The position numbers were made by a program, and so were the translations under genes. The notes under the pieces are model-generated. The model worked only from the letters and a program-made list of their open reading frames with translations, was not told the origin of the DNA and made no database searches. Positions 1 to 9,774 of a DNA stretch of 64,000 nucleotides are shown here, in pieces; the stretch's first letter is position 1, and each line of letters begins with the position of its first letter. The DNA lies in the IMG/VR virus record IMGVR_UViG_3300014576_000001, one strand, 5' to 3'. The stretch comes from an uncultured virus (IMG/VR IMGVR_UViG_3300014576_000001) (taxonomy: Duplodnaviria; Heunggongvirae; Uroviricota; Caudoviricetes).

Positions 1-1149
1 TTACTCGGCTGATGGATTCACGATCGGCAAACTTAGGTCATATACATCCATCATGGATTCATCTTTATGGCCGGATGCCTCTTGCTTATCGGACCTATTC
101 CCGACTGTGTCGGTGATACCTTTCCGCTTGAAGTCGTGCATCCCAAATCGTTGCTCTTCGGTTAGAACTTTCTTGTCGATTGCCTGGATAATTAATCGTT
201 GGAAGGCGGAGTCCAGACCTGACTTTGTAAGTTGCCCACCGCTGGCGGAAACGATCAGGAACCGTTGCTCGGGACGGAATGGCACCGGTTTTTTTCGACG
301 CTGCCAGATTTCATTCCTCACCGCCTTGGCGGCGTCCCATGCCGCCCGAAGCCGGGGCGTCCAGCGAACGATGTTGTCGCGACTGCCTTTGCGCCTGTTG
401 GTCAGCACGCCCTCGGGCAATTCGTTCTCGTCAGTCAGGGTGATGGTTTCGATCCCGCGCAGTCGGCACAGATAGCCAATCTCCATCACATACCATAGGT
501 ACGGCGAGCACGCGCCAGGCTGCCCGCGCTTGAGCTGACCCTGTTGATGCGCGAACCGAATGAGGTTGGTCATCACTGTCGAATCAGGCAGACGTCGCTG
601 TTTCCGCTCTTTTGGTGCCTCGATGCCCTTGGCAGGGTTATCGGTCACGAATCCGCGGTTGCGGCCCCATTGCATCGTGCGGCGCAGGTAGCGAAGGGCA
701 TGGGCGGCTTTCGATGGCGTGCCTTGTTGAGCGATTTTGTCGATGATCCGTTGAATCAGAGCCGGAGTGAATTTCTTGACCGCCAGTTCGCCCAGCGGCT
801 TGCCCAGCTTGGTGGGGTACTCCAGCAACACGTCGCGCGAGTAGCAATAGTCGTCCTGAGTTTTCTGGCCCAGGCCAGTGAACTGCTGGCTTTTGTGGAA
901 CTCGGCGCACAGGTATTGGAGGCTGTCCCGGTCAATGCCCTTGCGATCCTCTATGAGCCGATGCAGCTCGGATAGAGTGACGTTCGCTGCGCAAAGGTTC
1001 GCGCGCTGGCGCCGGCCAGCCTCATTGAAATACAGGATGTACCAGCAGCCGGACCCTCGATGGTCGAAATAGACGTCGCGCGGGAGGGCCGTCTGATCAA
1101 TGTGGCCAGGGATGTTCGGGTTGTGCTGGCGCTTCCGGCCTCTTTTCAT
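1..1149 (-). CDS. int: Phage integrase (tyrosine recombinase)
   Basis: 382 aa; LCRLRGIE (R), HDFKRK (HxxR), SGH, terminal VYD; colinear with 60779..61927. Confidence 0.92.
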   Translation of the reverse strand: MKRGRKRQHNPNIPGHIDQTALPRDVYFDHRGSGCWYILYFNEAGRRQRANLCAANVTLSELHRLIEDRKGIDRDSLQYLCAEFHKSQQFTGLGQKTQDDYCYSRDVLLEYPTKLGKPLGELAVKKFTPALIQRIIDKIAQQGTPSKAAHALRYLRRTMQWGRNRGFVTDNPAKGIEAPKERKQRRLPDSTVMTNLIRFAHQQGQLKRGQPGACSPYLWYVMEIGYLCRLRGIETITLTDENELPEGVLTNRRKGSRDNIVRWTPRLRAAWDAAKAVRNEIWQRRKKPVPFRPEQRFLIVSASGGQLTKSGLDSAFQRLIIQAIDKKVLTEEQRFGMHDFKRKGITDTVGNRSDKQEASGHKDESMMDVYDLSLPIVNPSAE

Positions 1150-1352
1150 ACGATCTCCGCACCGTATTTGTCTTCATCCATCGGCTTCAGGCCGCCAGCC
1201 TGATTCACCAGGTCGACAGTCGTCCATGGCCCGTTGCGGCCGAGGAATATCCGGATTCCCTGCCCGCGTAGCGTCCGCTCGACGTCGGCGCGGCGCGTGT
1301 AGCCGGTGATCCGCTGCAACTCTTGGAATTCCAGAACTGTAGCTGCGCTCAT
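1146..1352 (-). CDS. DUF4224-type excisionase-like DNA-binding protein
   Basis: LEFQELQRITGY motif; 4-nt overlap with int; paralog at 61924..62136. Confidence 0.75.
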   Translation of the reverse strand: MSAATVLEFQELQRITGYTRRADVERTLRGQGIRIFLGRNGPWTTVDLVNQAGGLKPMDEDKYGAEIV

Positions 1353-1879
1353 AGCGGGTTGCCTTCTGTTGCGCTGTCGAAGCGTGAGGGTTTGTTTGCT
1401 TTGGCGTGGCCTACACACGCGCGCGTCGGCTCACCGGTCTCATCCATGTAGGCGTGACACAGGAAACCTTTCGGATCGTGCGCTTTGTAAGCCGCGTCCG
1501 ATGTGGCGATAGGTGATTGATTGGCTATCGACCCAAGCCGGTAGGCGCACCCATGGCACGCGCCTTTCGGATCACACTGGCTGGCGAGAACCACGCCTTG
1601 GCATGCGCCGATGATTGTGGGCATGTTCAGGCTGGTGATTCTCTCGGGGTGAACGCCGCATTCCTCGATCAGCACCTGGTCGCTCATCTCCGCACAGTTC
1701 GCAGCGACAGAGTTGGCCATGCCGATGAACTGCGAGAAAACTTCGATCATGTGGCGCTCACCATTCCGTCGCAAAAGTTCGGTCAGCAGCTCAACGCGCT
1801 TCGCTGGATCGAACTGAACAATTCCTGCCAGTTCAAGCGCGACCTTGGGGCTCATGCGGTACTCAGTATTCGCAGGCAT
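1349..1879 (-). CDS. Phage hypothetical protein with Cys/His-rich C-terminus
   Basis: ACHGCAYR and FLCH motifs; overlaps the next gene in the operon. Confidence 0.65.
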   Translation of the reverse strand: MPANTEYRMSPKVALELAGIVQFDPAKRVELLTELLRRNGERHMIEVFSQFIGMANSVAANCAEMSDQVLIEECGVHPERITSLNMPTIIGACQGVVLASQCDPKGACHGCAYRLGSIANQSPIATSDAAYKAHDPKGFLCHAYMDETGEPTRACVGHAKANKPSRFDSATEGNPL

Positions 1880-2003
1880 GCGTGTCTCCTGCCCCGCATC
1901 GTCGCCGGGCTGCATAGAAATAAATGGGGATCGCCGCTCATCGGGATTTGAGCACTATCCAGGGGGTGGCTACTCAATGGGGTAGCCAGAGGAAAAGGAA
2001 GTT

Positions 2004-2222
2004 ATGCAACCGGAAATAGTTGATACCCCCAACGCGCTTGATCTCATCCAAGAGCTCGACGACGCAACCGAGCAGATGATGGCGATCTCCGTCGACCTCG
2101 TCGGCACTGCCGAGTGGCAGGAGGCTTTTGATAGACAGCAACGCGCGTTTCGGACTTGGCGCGACTACCTCTATCACAAGGCCGACGAGAAACCGCCGGC
2201 GCGGCTATTACACCTAGCCTGA
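2004..2222 (+). CDS. Small counter-oriented cargo protein
   Basis: 72 aa, purine-rich RBS, opposite strand to the operon; resembles 5145..5363. Confidence 0.65.
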   Translation: MQPEIVDTPNALDLIQELDDATEQMMAISVDLVGTAEWQEAFDRQQRAFRTWRDYLYHKADEKPPARLLHLA

Positions 2223-2235
2223 CTGGTGCGGCTGG

Positions 2236-3162
2236 CTACTGAGTCAATTCGTGGCCGAATGGCACTCGGAATCCGGAGGCGTTGCGATGCCCACCGCCGC
2301 CGTACTGCTTGGCAACCTCAGAGACGTCGAGACCCGCATCGGTGCTTCTCAAGCTGAAGACTCGGCCGTCTGGTGTGTCCCAGTAGCGGGCAGCGAAAAG
2401 CTCACCTTGAGCCATGAGGTGTCCCGCATCGCTGGTCAGCGTGTAGGGCAGGCTGGCCGCTGGGACATCATGACCGCCAACTACCAGTCGCCGCTTGGTC
2501 ACCGCTACCAGTTCTGCGACGTCTTTGTGATGTTTGCGCTCGATCGCTGCGCCGTCGGCCCGCATCGCTTGCACATCGGTCTCCATCAACTGATCCCAAA
2601 CCTCAAAGTCGTAGGGATAGCTGAATAGGTTGGCCTGAATTTCCCGAGTGCCGTCCAGCTTGAACAGCCACAGGTCGCGGTCCTCGATGTGGCGGAGCAG
2701 CTGCGGCGGCTCCATGTCAGGGAAGTAGTGATCCCAAGCCAGCATCGCACCGCTTCTGTTCATGTCGAAGCAGCAGGCTATCGCAGGGCCGCCTTGACTC
2801 ATGGCCATGTCGTGAGCAGTTTTCCATCCAAGCAGGGGCGATCCGTTGTCGTGGCGGATGTCGTTTTTAATGCCGGCATGGAACGGCTCAAAGCGCGCCA
2901 GATCTTCCGCTGCGCTTTTGTGGTGGTCCAGCACAATGACGCTATGTGCCTGGCGCGCGAGGCTCGACAGAACCTCGTACTTGTAGCTGAAGTCCACCAG
3001 CACAACGTCCTTGCCGGTGACGTCCGGTGGCTCTTGCCCGTACACACCCGCCACAAACTCCACGCCATTACCGAGAGCTTTGCGGACCACCCAGGCGCCG
3101 CCAAACCCGTCGGCGCAGTTGCCGTGGTAGATGCACATCGTTTTACGTTGGATATCAGTCAT
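2236..3162 (-). CDS. DHH/DHHA1-family phosphoesterase
   Basis: IYHGNCADG, VDF, LDHHKS and C-terminal GGGGHRNASG motifs. Confidence 0.85.
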   Translation of the reverse strand: MTDIQRKTMCIYHGNCADGFGGAWVVRKALGNGVEFVAGVYGQEPPDVTGKDVVLVDFSYKYEVLSSLARQAHSVIVLDHHKSAAEDLARFEPFHAGIKNDIRHDNGSPLLGWKTAHDMAMSQGGPAIACCFDMNRSGAMLAWDHYFPDMEPPQLLRHIEDRDLWLFKLDGTREIQANLFSYPYDFEVWDQLMETDVQAMRADGAAIERKHHKDVAELVAVTKRRLVVGGHDVPAASLPYTLTSDAGHLMAQGELFAARYWDTPDGRVFSLRSTDAGLDVSEVAKQYGGGGHRNASGFRVPFGHELTQ

Positions 3163-3682
3163 GAGTCTCTCCGGGTGCAGCGCGATCTAATGGTGGGTAT
3201 TTTGCCAAGACTTGGTCGGCGACTGTCATCGCAGCTTGGGCATCGTTGACGTAGGCCGGGTCGAAGCCACCGCAAAGATGAATTGTTGCCTGGCACGCGC
3301 GGAGGTTTTCACGGTTCAGCTTCAATGCTGCGGTCAGTTCCTCGCGCGCAGCGCCTTCTGCTCGGCCGAGATCCCAGAACCGTTTCGCCCAATGACCTTC
3401 CGGCGGCGGGTTCGTGTTCTGGTAACCGAAGGCCATGACGCCGGTGATGGAGTCACAAAGATCGCGCTTGTAGGTGTTCGCCCCGTCAATGCTCATTGGC
3501 ACGCGGCGGAGGGTGCTCAGGACGTCGTCGAAGCTGACGCCGAGGTCCTTGAGCACGATATCGAGGCCTGGCTTGCCCTTGGTGTAGACGGTAAGGCAAA
3601 GCTTGGCGCCGGGCCAAAGCTGCTCGCTGATCTTGACCAGGGCATCGTTGGCCACCTCGTGGAATCGTTGAGTTGCAGACAT
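3155..3682 (-). CDS. Phage hypothetical protein
   Basis: ORF overlapping the next gene; GGGAGAGG RBS. Confidence 0.6.
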   Translation of the reverse strand: MSATQRFHEVANDALVKISEQLWPGAKLCLTVYTKGKPGLDIVLKDLGVSFDDVLSTLRRVPMSIDGANTYKRDLCDSITGVMAFGYQNTNPPPEGHWAKRFWDLGRAEGAAREELTAALKLNRENLRACQATIHLCGGFDPAYVNDAQAAMTVADQVLAKYPPLDRAAPGETHD

Positions 3683-3736
3683 AGCGATACCTCTCCCGCC
3701 GTACACCGGCAGGCATGTGGATAGATGGGGAAGGGG

Positions 3737-3913
3737 TTAGGACTGGAAGACGTGACCGATCGCGACAGCCTTTGCGGCGGCCTCGGTTTTGAACATCAGA
3801 TTGGACTTGCCGGGACGGCCTTCGCTGACGTACTCGACATCGACCCACCAGCAGCCGAACTTCCGGTACGGCGCGCCGAGAATCCCGGTGACATAGCAGT
3901 CGATCAGGTTCAT
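3737..3913 (-). CDS. Small phage hypothetical protein
   Basis: 58 aa MNLIDCYVT...; 4-nt overlap with the upstream gene. Confidence 0.55.
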   Translation of the reverse strand: MNLIDCYVTGILGAPYRKFGCWWVDVEYVSEGRPGKSNLMFKTEAAAKAVAIGHVFQS

Positions 3914-4620
3914 GGCGACACCCGCTTGAACTCGACGACCCAGACCCACGGGTCTGCGTCCCATGCGTCGGCACCGTTGATTGACGACCACAACAGCTCG
4001 AAAGATTTGCGGGGATCAGCGCTGTAGGTCTCCTTTCCTTCGACGTGGTACCAGTCGCCGAGCGCCGCATGATCGGCGTAGAGCCTCACACCTTCGGCCA
4101 TGGCCTGCTTATCGCTGATGTCCTGCAGTCGCTCGACCCGCACATCGGTGATCTCAAGCAGGATGCGGCTGGCCCAGCGCGGCATGAAGATGCTTGGTCG
4201 CCAAGTGCCCTCGTAGTGGATTTCTTCGGTATCGGGCTTCCAGTCCGCTGTGGGTGGAATCATCCATAGGCCGTAATCACCAACGGCGCAGCTCGCTCTG
4301 TAGATGCGCGCCGCATTACGTTCGTCGCCCTTGATGATGTGGTCGTCCCAGTCAACACAGGCGCCGTCCTCATTGCCGAGAAGGGCGAACGTCTCCCGCA
4401 CCCAAAGACGGTCGCCGGGGCGGCCGTAAGGGCATTCAGGGTTCGGCTTGGCCACGTCTGTGTTTCGAATGAACGGCTGCCCTAGACCGTAGCTGCCAAT
4501 GTCGGCCTTGCTGCGCGGCTGAACCTTTACCACTCGGCGCGTGACCGTCTTCCGGCCTTCCAAGATGGCGCGCACCATCGGCGCCGAGAACAGGATTGGG
4601 CGTTCTTTAATGCTGTTCAT
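3910..4620 (-). CDS. ASCH/PUA-like phage protein
   Basis: ERPILFSAPMVRAILEGRKTVTRR, WRPSIFMPRWASRI, WVWVVEF. Confidence 0.8.
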   Translation of the reverse strand: MNSIKERPILFSAPMVRAILEGRKTVTRRVVKVQPRSKADIGSYGLGQPFIRNTDVAKPNPECPYGRPGDRLWVRETFALLGNEDGACVDWDDHIIKGDERNAARIYRASCAVGDYGLWMIPPTADWKPDTEEIHYEGTWRPSIFMPRWASRILLEITDVRVERLQDISDKQAMAEGVRLYADHAALGDWYHVEGKETYSADPRKSFELLWSSINGADAWDADPWVWVVEFKRVSP

Positions 4621-4987
4621 CTTTCACCTTCTCGAAGTAGAACACCACCGGCACCGCTGTTTCGACGATCAGGCCGTACGCCTTCGCAAGCCGGTAGATC
4701 GGGTGGTACAGGTTCAGGCTGTTGACGTGGCCAGCCAGGAATGCGCGCCATGCTTCAAGCGGCATTTGCGACTTGCTCAGGTTGCAGGGCGCGCAGGCGG
4801 GCATCATGTTGTCGAGGTTGTGGTTCTGCGGGCGCTCGGCGTTGCCTTCCCAGCGATGACTGGTGCCGCGCCGGACCGATTGAAGGTGGTCGGCGTGCCA
4901 CTTCGGGCCTAGATCAACACCGCAGTACGCGCATCGGCCGCCGTATTTCATGCGGACCTGCTCGCGCTCATGTTTCTTCAGGCGCAC
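4607..4987 (-). CDS. HNH endonuclease
   Basis: GRCAYCG...DH...PACAPCNLSK. Confidence 0.85.
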   Translation of the reverse strand: MRLKKHEREQVRMKYGGRCAYCGVDLGPKWHADHLQSVRRGTSHRWEGNAERPQNHNLDNMMPACAPCNLSKSQMPLEAWRAFLAGHVNSLNLYHPIYRLAKAYGLIVETAVPVVFYFEKVKDEQH

Positions 4988-5144
4988 AGTTGCTCCTTCA
5001 CCACGCATAGGCGCAGTCGGGTATTGGGATAGTTAAAGGGAGTTTTCACCGCTGATCCGATCGTGTTGAATTACCCAATCAGATACGACTCACAGATAGA
5101 TGGAATCGATAACCGATTGCTTTCCGCAGAAAGGTTTCCTCCGC

Positions 5145-5363
5145 ATGCAAACCGCCGATAATTTCCGTTTCACCGCCCATGAACTCCTGCTTGCGCTGGA
5201 TGAATCCACTATCAGCATGATGAAGATGGTGGTGTCCTCATCCATGGGTAACACGGCCTGGAAGAGAGCAGTCACTGCACAGGAGGCGTCATTCGCAGCC
5301 CTACATCTGCATTTAGGGCACGCAGACGCCACGGCCCTGATGCAGCAAGGGTTCGTTCGATAG
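5145..5363 (+). CDS. Small counter-oriented cargo protein
   Basis: 72 aa; shares a LD-x2-T-x2-MM...G-x3-W-x2-A-x3-Q-x3-F pattern with 2004..2222. Confidence 0.6.
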   Translation: MQTADNFRFTAHELLLALDESTISMMKMVVSSSMGNTAWKRAVTAQEASFAALHLHLGHADATALMQQGFVR

Positions 5364-5442
5364 CGTGCGTCGGCCCTAAATGTCCGGGGTTGCGATCTAC
5401 TCATCAGGTAATAGGAATTGGGTGGGCCGAACGGGGGAGGGG

Positions 5443-5649
5443 TTACTGCTTGGTGGACAGGCTGGCGTCGGTGATGCCGCATAGTGCGGCGTAAGTGGTT
5501 TTGACGACGCCAGCGGGGAGCTTCACTGCTTCGATTCGACCGTCCTCACCTCGGAGGAAATCGAGAATCCACCGGTCCATGTGTTCAGGTACGGACGCTT
5601 GGCAAAGTTCGCCATCGCATTCGAGGATGATCTGGACGATCTCTATCAT
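5443..5649 (-). CDS. Small hypothetical protein
   Basis: MIEIVQIILECDG...; overlaps the 3' end of the upstream ORF. Confidence 0.4.
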   Translation of the reverse strand: MIEIVQIILECDGELCQASVPEHMDRWILDFLRGEDGRIEAVKLPAGVVKTTYAALCGITDASLSTKQ

Positions 5650-6457
5650 GGTTCTGCCTGCTCGCAGCCGCATCGGGCGGAGTGGGCCTGAGGCAGTGTC
5701 TCGAAACGCGAATGCGCTTTGTCTCACACCCTGTTGAGCAGACGCCTTCGACAAAAGCGCAGTTTGCGCAATCGATCTTCGCGGCTGGCGCGGATTTGCG
5801 GGCAAGGAAATCCAAAACCGATTCGCAATGGGCAGGTGTTGGCAAGCTACCGTGTTTCAGGAGCTCTCGTGCTGCAGCCAGGTCAGCTTGCAGATCATCA
5901 ACCCGCTGATCGGCGATCGTCAGGCGCTGCTGAAGCTCCTCGTTCAAGTAGAGAAGGGCTTTGATCGTCTCAAATTGAGCGCTTTGGACGGATCCCCACT
6001 TGTCTGCCAGCTTGTGGGCCAGATCGTGGCAGTGGAGGTTGGCCTTGGTAAGCTTGTGCTGAAGGCCTGCGTTGTCGGTTTGGAGGCGGGAGGCATGGGC
6101 CCCGTCTACCAGTTCCAGGCTTACATCTTCGTTTGTGACGAGCTGCCGTTGAATGCGCTCCAGTGTATTCATCTGAGGCTCGATGTCGATTTCACCCAGC
6201 TCTTCAGCGCTGAAGCTGCCGAGGGTCACTATCGCCAGCACTTCCATCTCGCCGCCACTAGGCGGCACAGGGGCAGCGGCGAGTATTGCAGCCCAGCACA
6301 GCTTGGCGCGGAACGCCGCTTGCTGGCAGCCGCTCATTTCTGAGTACTGCTCCCACACTTCCTCATCGGTGAAGCACTGATTCGGCACCGATTCGAAGCC
6401 ATTGATCACCATGTTCTCGGTCGGTTCGACCGGCACCAACTTCCATTCCCGACTCAT
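5585..6457 (-). CDS. Eaa-like early phage protein with coiled coil
   Basis: N-terminal WKLVPVEPTENM...AAAP module, also seen in 62251..63204. Confidence 0.6.
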   Translation of the reverse strand: MSREWKLVPVEPTENMVINGFESVPNQCFTDEEVWEQYSEMSGCQQAAFRAKLCWAAILAAAPVPPSGGEMEVLAIVTLGSFSAEELGEIDIEPQMNTLERIQRQLVTNEDVSLELVDGAHASRLQTDNAGLQHKLTKANLHCHDLAHKLADKWGSVQSAQFETIKALLYLNEELQQRLTIADQRVDDLQADLAAARELLKHGSLPTPAHCESVLDFLARKSAPAAKIDCANCAFVEGVCSTGCETKRIRVSRHCLRPTPPDAAASRQNHDRDRPDHPRMRWRTLPSVRT

Positions 6458-6687
6458 CGCCGTTGCTCCACGTCAGTGGTGATTGCCTGAACGACGACCG
6501 GGCCAAGTAAACGAATGCCCTGCTTGTCGTCTTTGAATGCACGGTTGATTCGCCCTTCGGCTGCCTCAAGTGCCTGTTTGTAAACCTGATCGAGCTTGCA
6601 ATCAGGTCCCCATGAACCGAGGTTACTCAGTTCGATAGTGAGCGTGACCTTTGCGCCGGTACTGGTTCGTACGACTGGCTTTGCCAT
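6454..6687 (-). CDS. Phage hypothetical protein
   Basis: MAKPVVRTST...; translationally coupled on both sides. Confidence 0.6.
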   Translation of the reverse strand: MAKPVVRTSTGAKVTLTIELSNLGSWGPDCKLDQVYKQALEAAEGRINRAFKDDKQGIRLLGPVVVQAITTDVEQRR

Positions 6688-7001
6688 TACGCCTCCTGCG
6701 GCGAAACGATGCCGCTCGCCTGAATGACTGGTATCCGGAGATGCTGCGCAAGTTCGATTTCGACGTTGGCGCCGCGCGACTCTTTCCAGCCAGGCAGAAA
6801 GGCCACGGCATCGCAGGTCAGCATCTGGCGCAGTGCGGTACGCATGTACAGCTCCCACTCGTCACGGGTTGGCGCTGAATTCTCGGCGGGATTCTCAACG
6901 GTGTACCCCAGAGCGCGAAGCCGGGCAGCTTCGGCGTTGAATGCGGGGTAGTTGTAATCGGGCAGGCCCGTCATGGGCCCGCTTAGGTAGATGCGTTTCA
7001 C
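6687..7001 (-). CDS. DUF4406 family protein (nucleoside deoxyribosyltransferase-like fold)
   Basis: RIYLSGPMTG, NPAE, LPGWKESRGANVE. Confidence 0.85.
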   Translation of the reverse strand: MKRIYLSGPMTGLPDYNYPAFNAEAARLRALGYTVENPAENSAPTRDEWELYMRTALRQMLTCDAVAFLPGWKESRGANVEIELAQHLRIPVIQASGIVSPQEA

Positions 7002-7444
7002 GAGGCCTCCTGCTGTTCAGGCCATCCCGCCGGCAGATAGGGCGCGAGAATCTGCCGCGCTTCATCCACCAAGGTTTCAACGGCACGGGGATGGCAAATC
7101 TCGGCGCTGCGCAGTTTCTTGGCAGCAGCCTCCGCATTTGCTTTCAACGCATTGATATCCGGATGGCATTCGAGCGTTTCCGCGTCCGGATCGAGCAGTT
7201 TATTCGCAGGGTCGAGCAGCACCAGCATTCCGAACGTCACGCGGAAGATCGATCCGCAGCCATTGATTTCCAAAAGCTTTCGTAGCACCTCCTGACACTG
7301 TTCAGCGTCTTCGATATCGAAGAAGTCACCGTCGCTGCCCATTGCTTCCGGGACCCATTCTTTTTGGAGGGATTCGATGAAGCTGGCGGTTTGCTGAGCG
7401 ACCTCAAGATCTTGCTCGCTGGCGCGAGCCATTTTCATAGGCAT
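6998..7444 (-). CDS. Phage hypothetical protein
   Basis: 148-aa ORF coupled to the DUF4406 gene. Confidence 0.6.
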   Translation of the reverse strand: MPMKMARASEQDLEVAQQTASFIESLQKEWVPEAMGSDGDFFDIEDAEQCQEVLRKLLEINGCGSIFRVTFGMLVLLDPANKLLDPDAETLECHPDINALKANAEAAAKKLRSAEICHPRAVETLVDEARQILAPYLPAGWPEQQEAS

Positions 7445-7513
7445 GGCGATATCCCTGTAACCGATTCAGGTTACTTTTCGAGATGTAACCTCTGGAGGTT
7501 ACGGTGGGGTAGG

Positions 7514-9595
7514 TCAGGCGGCGACGGCCTGGCGCTCCGCGGCGCGCCACGGATCGTTGGCGCGGGCGAGTGCTGCCATCGGCGGCGGGCTGACGCTGTT
7601 GCCGCACATGTGGACCTGCTCGGTCTTGGTGAACGGTTTGCCGTCGGCGCCGTGCGTGATGATGTAATCCGGAGGGAAGCCCTGCGCCCGGTACAGCTCG
7701 GCCGGTTGCAGCATGCGTAGCCGGATGTCGACGATCACATAGGGCGTGCCCCTGACCATGACGGTGACCAGGCCCAGTCGATCCTTGGTGGTGATCGTTG
7801 GCGCCGGTTGATCACAGCCGCCCATGTTGTCGGTGCCGTAGTAGCTGATCAGGAATGCAGCTACTCGCAGGGCGCCTTCTTCGTGCTCTGGTGACAGTTC
7901 AAAACTGACCAGCGAACTCTTCCCGCCGCCGCCCGCCGTGATGGTCGGTGCTGGCCCTGTCAGTGCTTGGCCGACGCTAGCGCCGAACTGTCGTTCCATG
8001 AAGGCAGTCATCAGTCCGTGGTGCGTGCCGCCGGCGCTGACGGTGTGCAGAGGCTCATCCGCCGCCCGGGCGTCACAGTTGCCGCGCAAGTGCAGCAGGC
8101 TTGCTGTCACCAGTTGTTGCTGACTACCCGTGTTCGTCACTGTAGTCATCGGGTCGTTGAGGCTCCTGGCATCGGTGGCGTTGAAGCCGCCGTTCATCTG
8201 CGCCATGAACGCAGTGGCGATGCCCATGGCGTGCGCGGCGCCGGCGGGGCGCTGGTAGTTGCCTCCGCTGGTGATGGTTGGCAGCGGTTCGTCCAGCGCC
8301 TTGCCTTCATCGTTGAATCGGAACTTGACCAAGTGCGCCGCAGCCAGCGCGCGGTGGTTCTGGGTCATCATCGTGCCGGCCGGTTGGTCTGCCGGTTTCG
8401 GCTTGCCGCTGTACTCAGGGCCACCGGCGCCGACCATTACTGGACTGATCAACGTCAGCTCACCGCGATTGGCGCACGTGATCGTCGGTAGAGGCTCCAA
8501 TGGATCGTTTACCCGGTCGCTGCCCTGGTGCGTGGCGGGAGCGATGACCGGGCTTACCACCGAAAACGACCCGCCTTTCGGGTAGGAAGTCACGGTGCGC
8601 AGCGGCTCCTCCATGGACTGAACAGTCTCCGTCGACCAGTTCGCGATGGGCACGATGAACGGCGCCGGATTGTCGATGACGAATTTCTTCATGCCCTTGG
8701 CGATACGGCGTTTGGTGGCCTCGGCCAGTTCATCTTTACGCCCGAAGATGCTCTTGCCCAAGTCGCTGAAGTCGATGCACTCGGCGGCGGTGCGGTACTT
8801 CTGCTGGCCCTTGCTGGGCTTCTTGGCGTGAGTAGGCTCTGGCCACACGATCGGCTGACCGTCGCAGCGGGCGATCATAAACAGGCGCTCGCGGCTCGTC
8901 GGCGCACCAAAGTCGCAAGCTTTGATGACACGCCATTCCACGGCGTACCCCATGCCTTCCAGCAACTGCACAAAGCGCTTCCAGGTGGCTCCGCGGCGTT
9001 TGGGATCGGGCACCAGAAACTGCTGGCCGACTGGCACGACTTCACCAGGTGCGGCGACCACTTTCTCGATGACTTCTTTGCCCTTGGCATTCAATACTGT
9101 CACTAGCTTGATGGCGCGGCCGGTTGCCTTGTCGCGCTTGGCAATCAGTGGGCCCCACTGCAGGATCTGCTTCACGTTCTCCAGGCTGATAACGCGGGGT
9201 TTCTTCTTGCCACCCCACTTCAGCCCGATCCACGACAGGTTGCGAATTTCGCGCTTGCGCGGCTGGCCGCCGGCTGCCTGGCTGTGGTGTGTACAGTCTG
9301 GCGACATGTGGAACCAGCCGACGGCTTTGCCGCCGCACTCGGTGTCGGGTTCACCCTCAAACACATCGGTGGTGAAGTGCTTCGCACCCGGGTGGTTGAC
9401 GGTGTGCATGCTGATAGCCTTGGGGCTGTGGTTTTTGGCCACGTTCACTTTCCGGCCCAGGCCCATCTCCAGCCCGGTACCGGCGCCCCCACCGCCGCAG
9501 AAGAAATCCACGACTATCTCATCGTCCTGCGGATTGAAGCCAAGGCCGTACTGAGTTTTGAAATCGAAAGGGTGTTTCTTTGGACTTTTAGGCAT
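7514..9595 (-). CDS. DNA (cytosine-5) methyltransferase, long phage form
   Basis: DFFCGGGG (motif I), SPDC, LENV, TSRERLF, terminal GNSV. Confidence 0.92.
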   Translation of the reverse strand: MPKSPKKHPFDFKTQYGLGFNPQDDEIVVDFFCGGGGAGTGLEMGLGRKVNVAKNHSPKAISMHTVNHPGAKHFTTDVFEGEPDTECGGKAVGWFHMSPDCTHHSQAAGGQPRKREIRNLSWIGLKWGGKKKPRVISLENVKQILQWGPLIAKRDKATGRAIKLVTVLNAKGKEVIEKVVAAPGEVVPVGQQFLVPDPKRRGATWKRFVQLLEGMGYAVEWRVIKACDFGAPTSRERLFMIARCDGQPIVWPEPTHAKKPSKGQQKYRTAAECIDFSDLGKSIFGRKDELAEATKRRIAKGMKKFVIDNPAPFIVPIANWSTETVQSMEEPLRTVTSYPKGGSFSVVSPVIAPATHQGSDRVNDPLEPLPTITCANRGELTLISPVMVGAGGPEYSGKPKPADQPAGTMMTQNHRALAAAHLVKFRFNDEGKALDEPLPTITSGGNYQRPAGAAHAMGIATAFMAQMNGGFNATDARSLNDPMTTVTNTGSQQQLVTASLLHLRGNCDARAADEPLHTVSAGGTHHGLMTAFMERQFGASVGQALTGPAPTITAGGGGKSSLVSFELSPEHEEGALRVAAFLISYYGTDNMGGCDQPAPTITTKDRLGLVTVMVRGTPYVIVDIRLRMLQPAELYRAQGFPPDYIITHGADGKPFTKTEQVHMCGNSVSPPPMAALARANDPWRAAERQAVAA

Positions 9596-9774
9596 AGGGG
9601 CTCCTCAACTATGCGGCTTACATATTTATCAAGGCAACCTCTGACATGAAGGTATGCATTAGCGTGGGGGATAGGCTGCGATCAGAACTGAGTGATGCAT
9701 CACCACCAGACACTCAGGTGGAAATGGTAACTGGGTCTAGCTATGCTGATATTTTCATTCGGTAGAGATCTGCG

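Noticed and set aside
4607..9595. HNH plus methyltransferase as a restriction-modification system
   Set aside because: Not adjacent; the small HNH is a generic phage type
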